A stretch of DNA of 64,000 bases from Rhynchobatus australiae (lineage: Eukaryota): contig JAUZTB010000064.1 of NCBI GenBank assembly GCA_034780895.1, forward strand, positions 21,500,847 through 21,564,846, in the 5' to 3' direction. Each line of letters opens with the position of its first letter. The first letter of the stretch is position 1. A program made the translations under genes and the position numbers. Shown one piece after another: positions 63,115-64,000 of this stretch. Below the pieces are notes generated by a model. That model was not told the DNA's origin. It did no database searches and worked only from the letters and a program-made list of their open reading frames with translations.

Positions 63115-63640
63115 GAAATCATAGATTCAAACCAGTATACACATGGAATCAGGCCCAACTTGTCCATGCTGACTAAGATGCCTATGTAGGCTGATTCTGT
63201 TTGCCTGTGTATGGCCCATATCCCTCTAAACCTTTTCTATCCATGTACCTATCCAAATGTCTTTTTAATTGTATCTGCTTGTACCACTTCAGTGCTTGTT
63301 CCATATANNNNNNNNNNNNNNNNNNNNNNNNNNNNNNNNNNNNNNNNNNNNNNNNNNNNNNNNNNNNNNNNNNNNNNNNNNNNNNNNNNNNNNNNNNNNN
63401 NNNNNNNNNNNNNNNNNNNNNNNNNNNNNNNNNNNNNCCCTGTCTATGCCCCTCATAATTTTATAAACCTTTGTAAGGTCACCCCCTTGCTCCAGAGAAA
63501 ACAGTCCCATCCTATTCTGTCTCTCCTCAAAACTCAAGCCCTCCTGTCCTGGTTAATGTCTTTGTGAATATTTTCTGCACCCTTTCCAGCTTAATCACAT
63601 CCCGGTGACCAAAACTGTACACAATGCTCAAAGTGTTGGC
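63115..63640 (-). mobile_element. CR1 3' fragment
   Basis: The - strand gives FEERQNRMGLFSLEQ.GDLTKVYKIMRGIDR. Confidence 0.75.
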
Positions 63641-63779
63641 TTTAGTTTTCCAAACTTCCCTAGATTCGGGGAACATTCCATTAGATTGGAAAATAAAAAA
63701 TGTAAGTACTTTATTTATAGAGGGGAAACCATAAGCAGGCCAATCAGCTTATCTCTCTTATGGAAAATTTTAGTAGCAG

Positions 63780-64000
63780 TTGGAAGGATGTGGAGGCTTT
63801 GGAGAGGGTGCAAAAGAGGCTCCCCACAATGTTGCCTGGATTAGAGTATGAGCTAGAGAGGTTGAACAAACTTGGATTGCTTTCTCTGAAGCGTCAAAGG
63901 CTGAAGCTGACCTGATAGAAGTATATAAAATTATGAGAGGCGTAGATAGGGTAGATAGTCAGTCTTTTTCCCAGGGTGGTAATATAAAATACTAAAGAGC
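63780..64000 (+). mobile_element. CR1 3' fragment running off the window
   Basis: [12 protein letters not shown]...LGLLSLKRQRL..DLIEVYKIMRGVDRVD. Confidence 0.8.

Noticed and set aside
60613-64000. SCARNA22/ACA11, the snoRNA hosted by human NSD2
   Set aside because: In human it lies in a later intron near the SET exons, beyond this window; no convincing H/ACA structure was seen.
1-64000. CRISPR arrays, prokaryotic operons or viral genes
   Set aside because: None seen; the window is explained by a spliced vertebrate gene plus retroelements.

Overview
Vertebrate genomic DNA, almost certainly from a cartilaginous fish (shark or ray), judged by its repeat content: CR1/HER1-type LINEs, HE1-type V-SINEs, Deu-domain SINEs, RTE and Rex1/Babar LINEs, and Penelope-derived inverted-repeat elements. 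The main feature is the 5' two-thirds of NSD2 (WHSC1/MMSET, H3K36 methyltransferase) on the + strand. I can splice 13 coding exons by hand with consistent phases and GT-AG borders (10874..60612, 2782 nt, about 927 codons). They cover the N-terminus, PWWP1, the HMG box and PHD1-3, and the gene continues past the window end. A CpG island at about 6.1-7.5 kb appears to be a bidirectional promoter shared with a - strand gene whose 82-nt first coding exon fits LETM1, the known head-to-head neighbour of NSD2. Most of the rest is intronic decayed retroelements and many N gaps. The best leads are: (1) an in-frame, acceptor-bearing diverged copy of part of NSD2 coding exon 4 just downstream of it; (2) a PWWP-to-PWWA change in PWWP1; (3) an extra symmetric 78-nt exon after the HMG box; (4) the compact LETM1/NSD2 promoter; (5) Penelope-type elements with decayed hammerhead-ribozyme cores. 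I see no convincing evidence for a wholly new biological system. Human comparisons are from memory and need alignment. Repeat boundaries are approximate.
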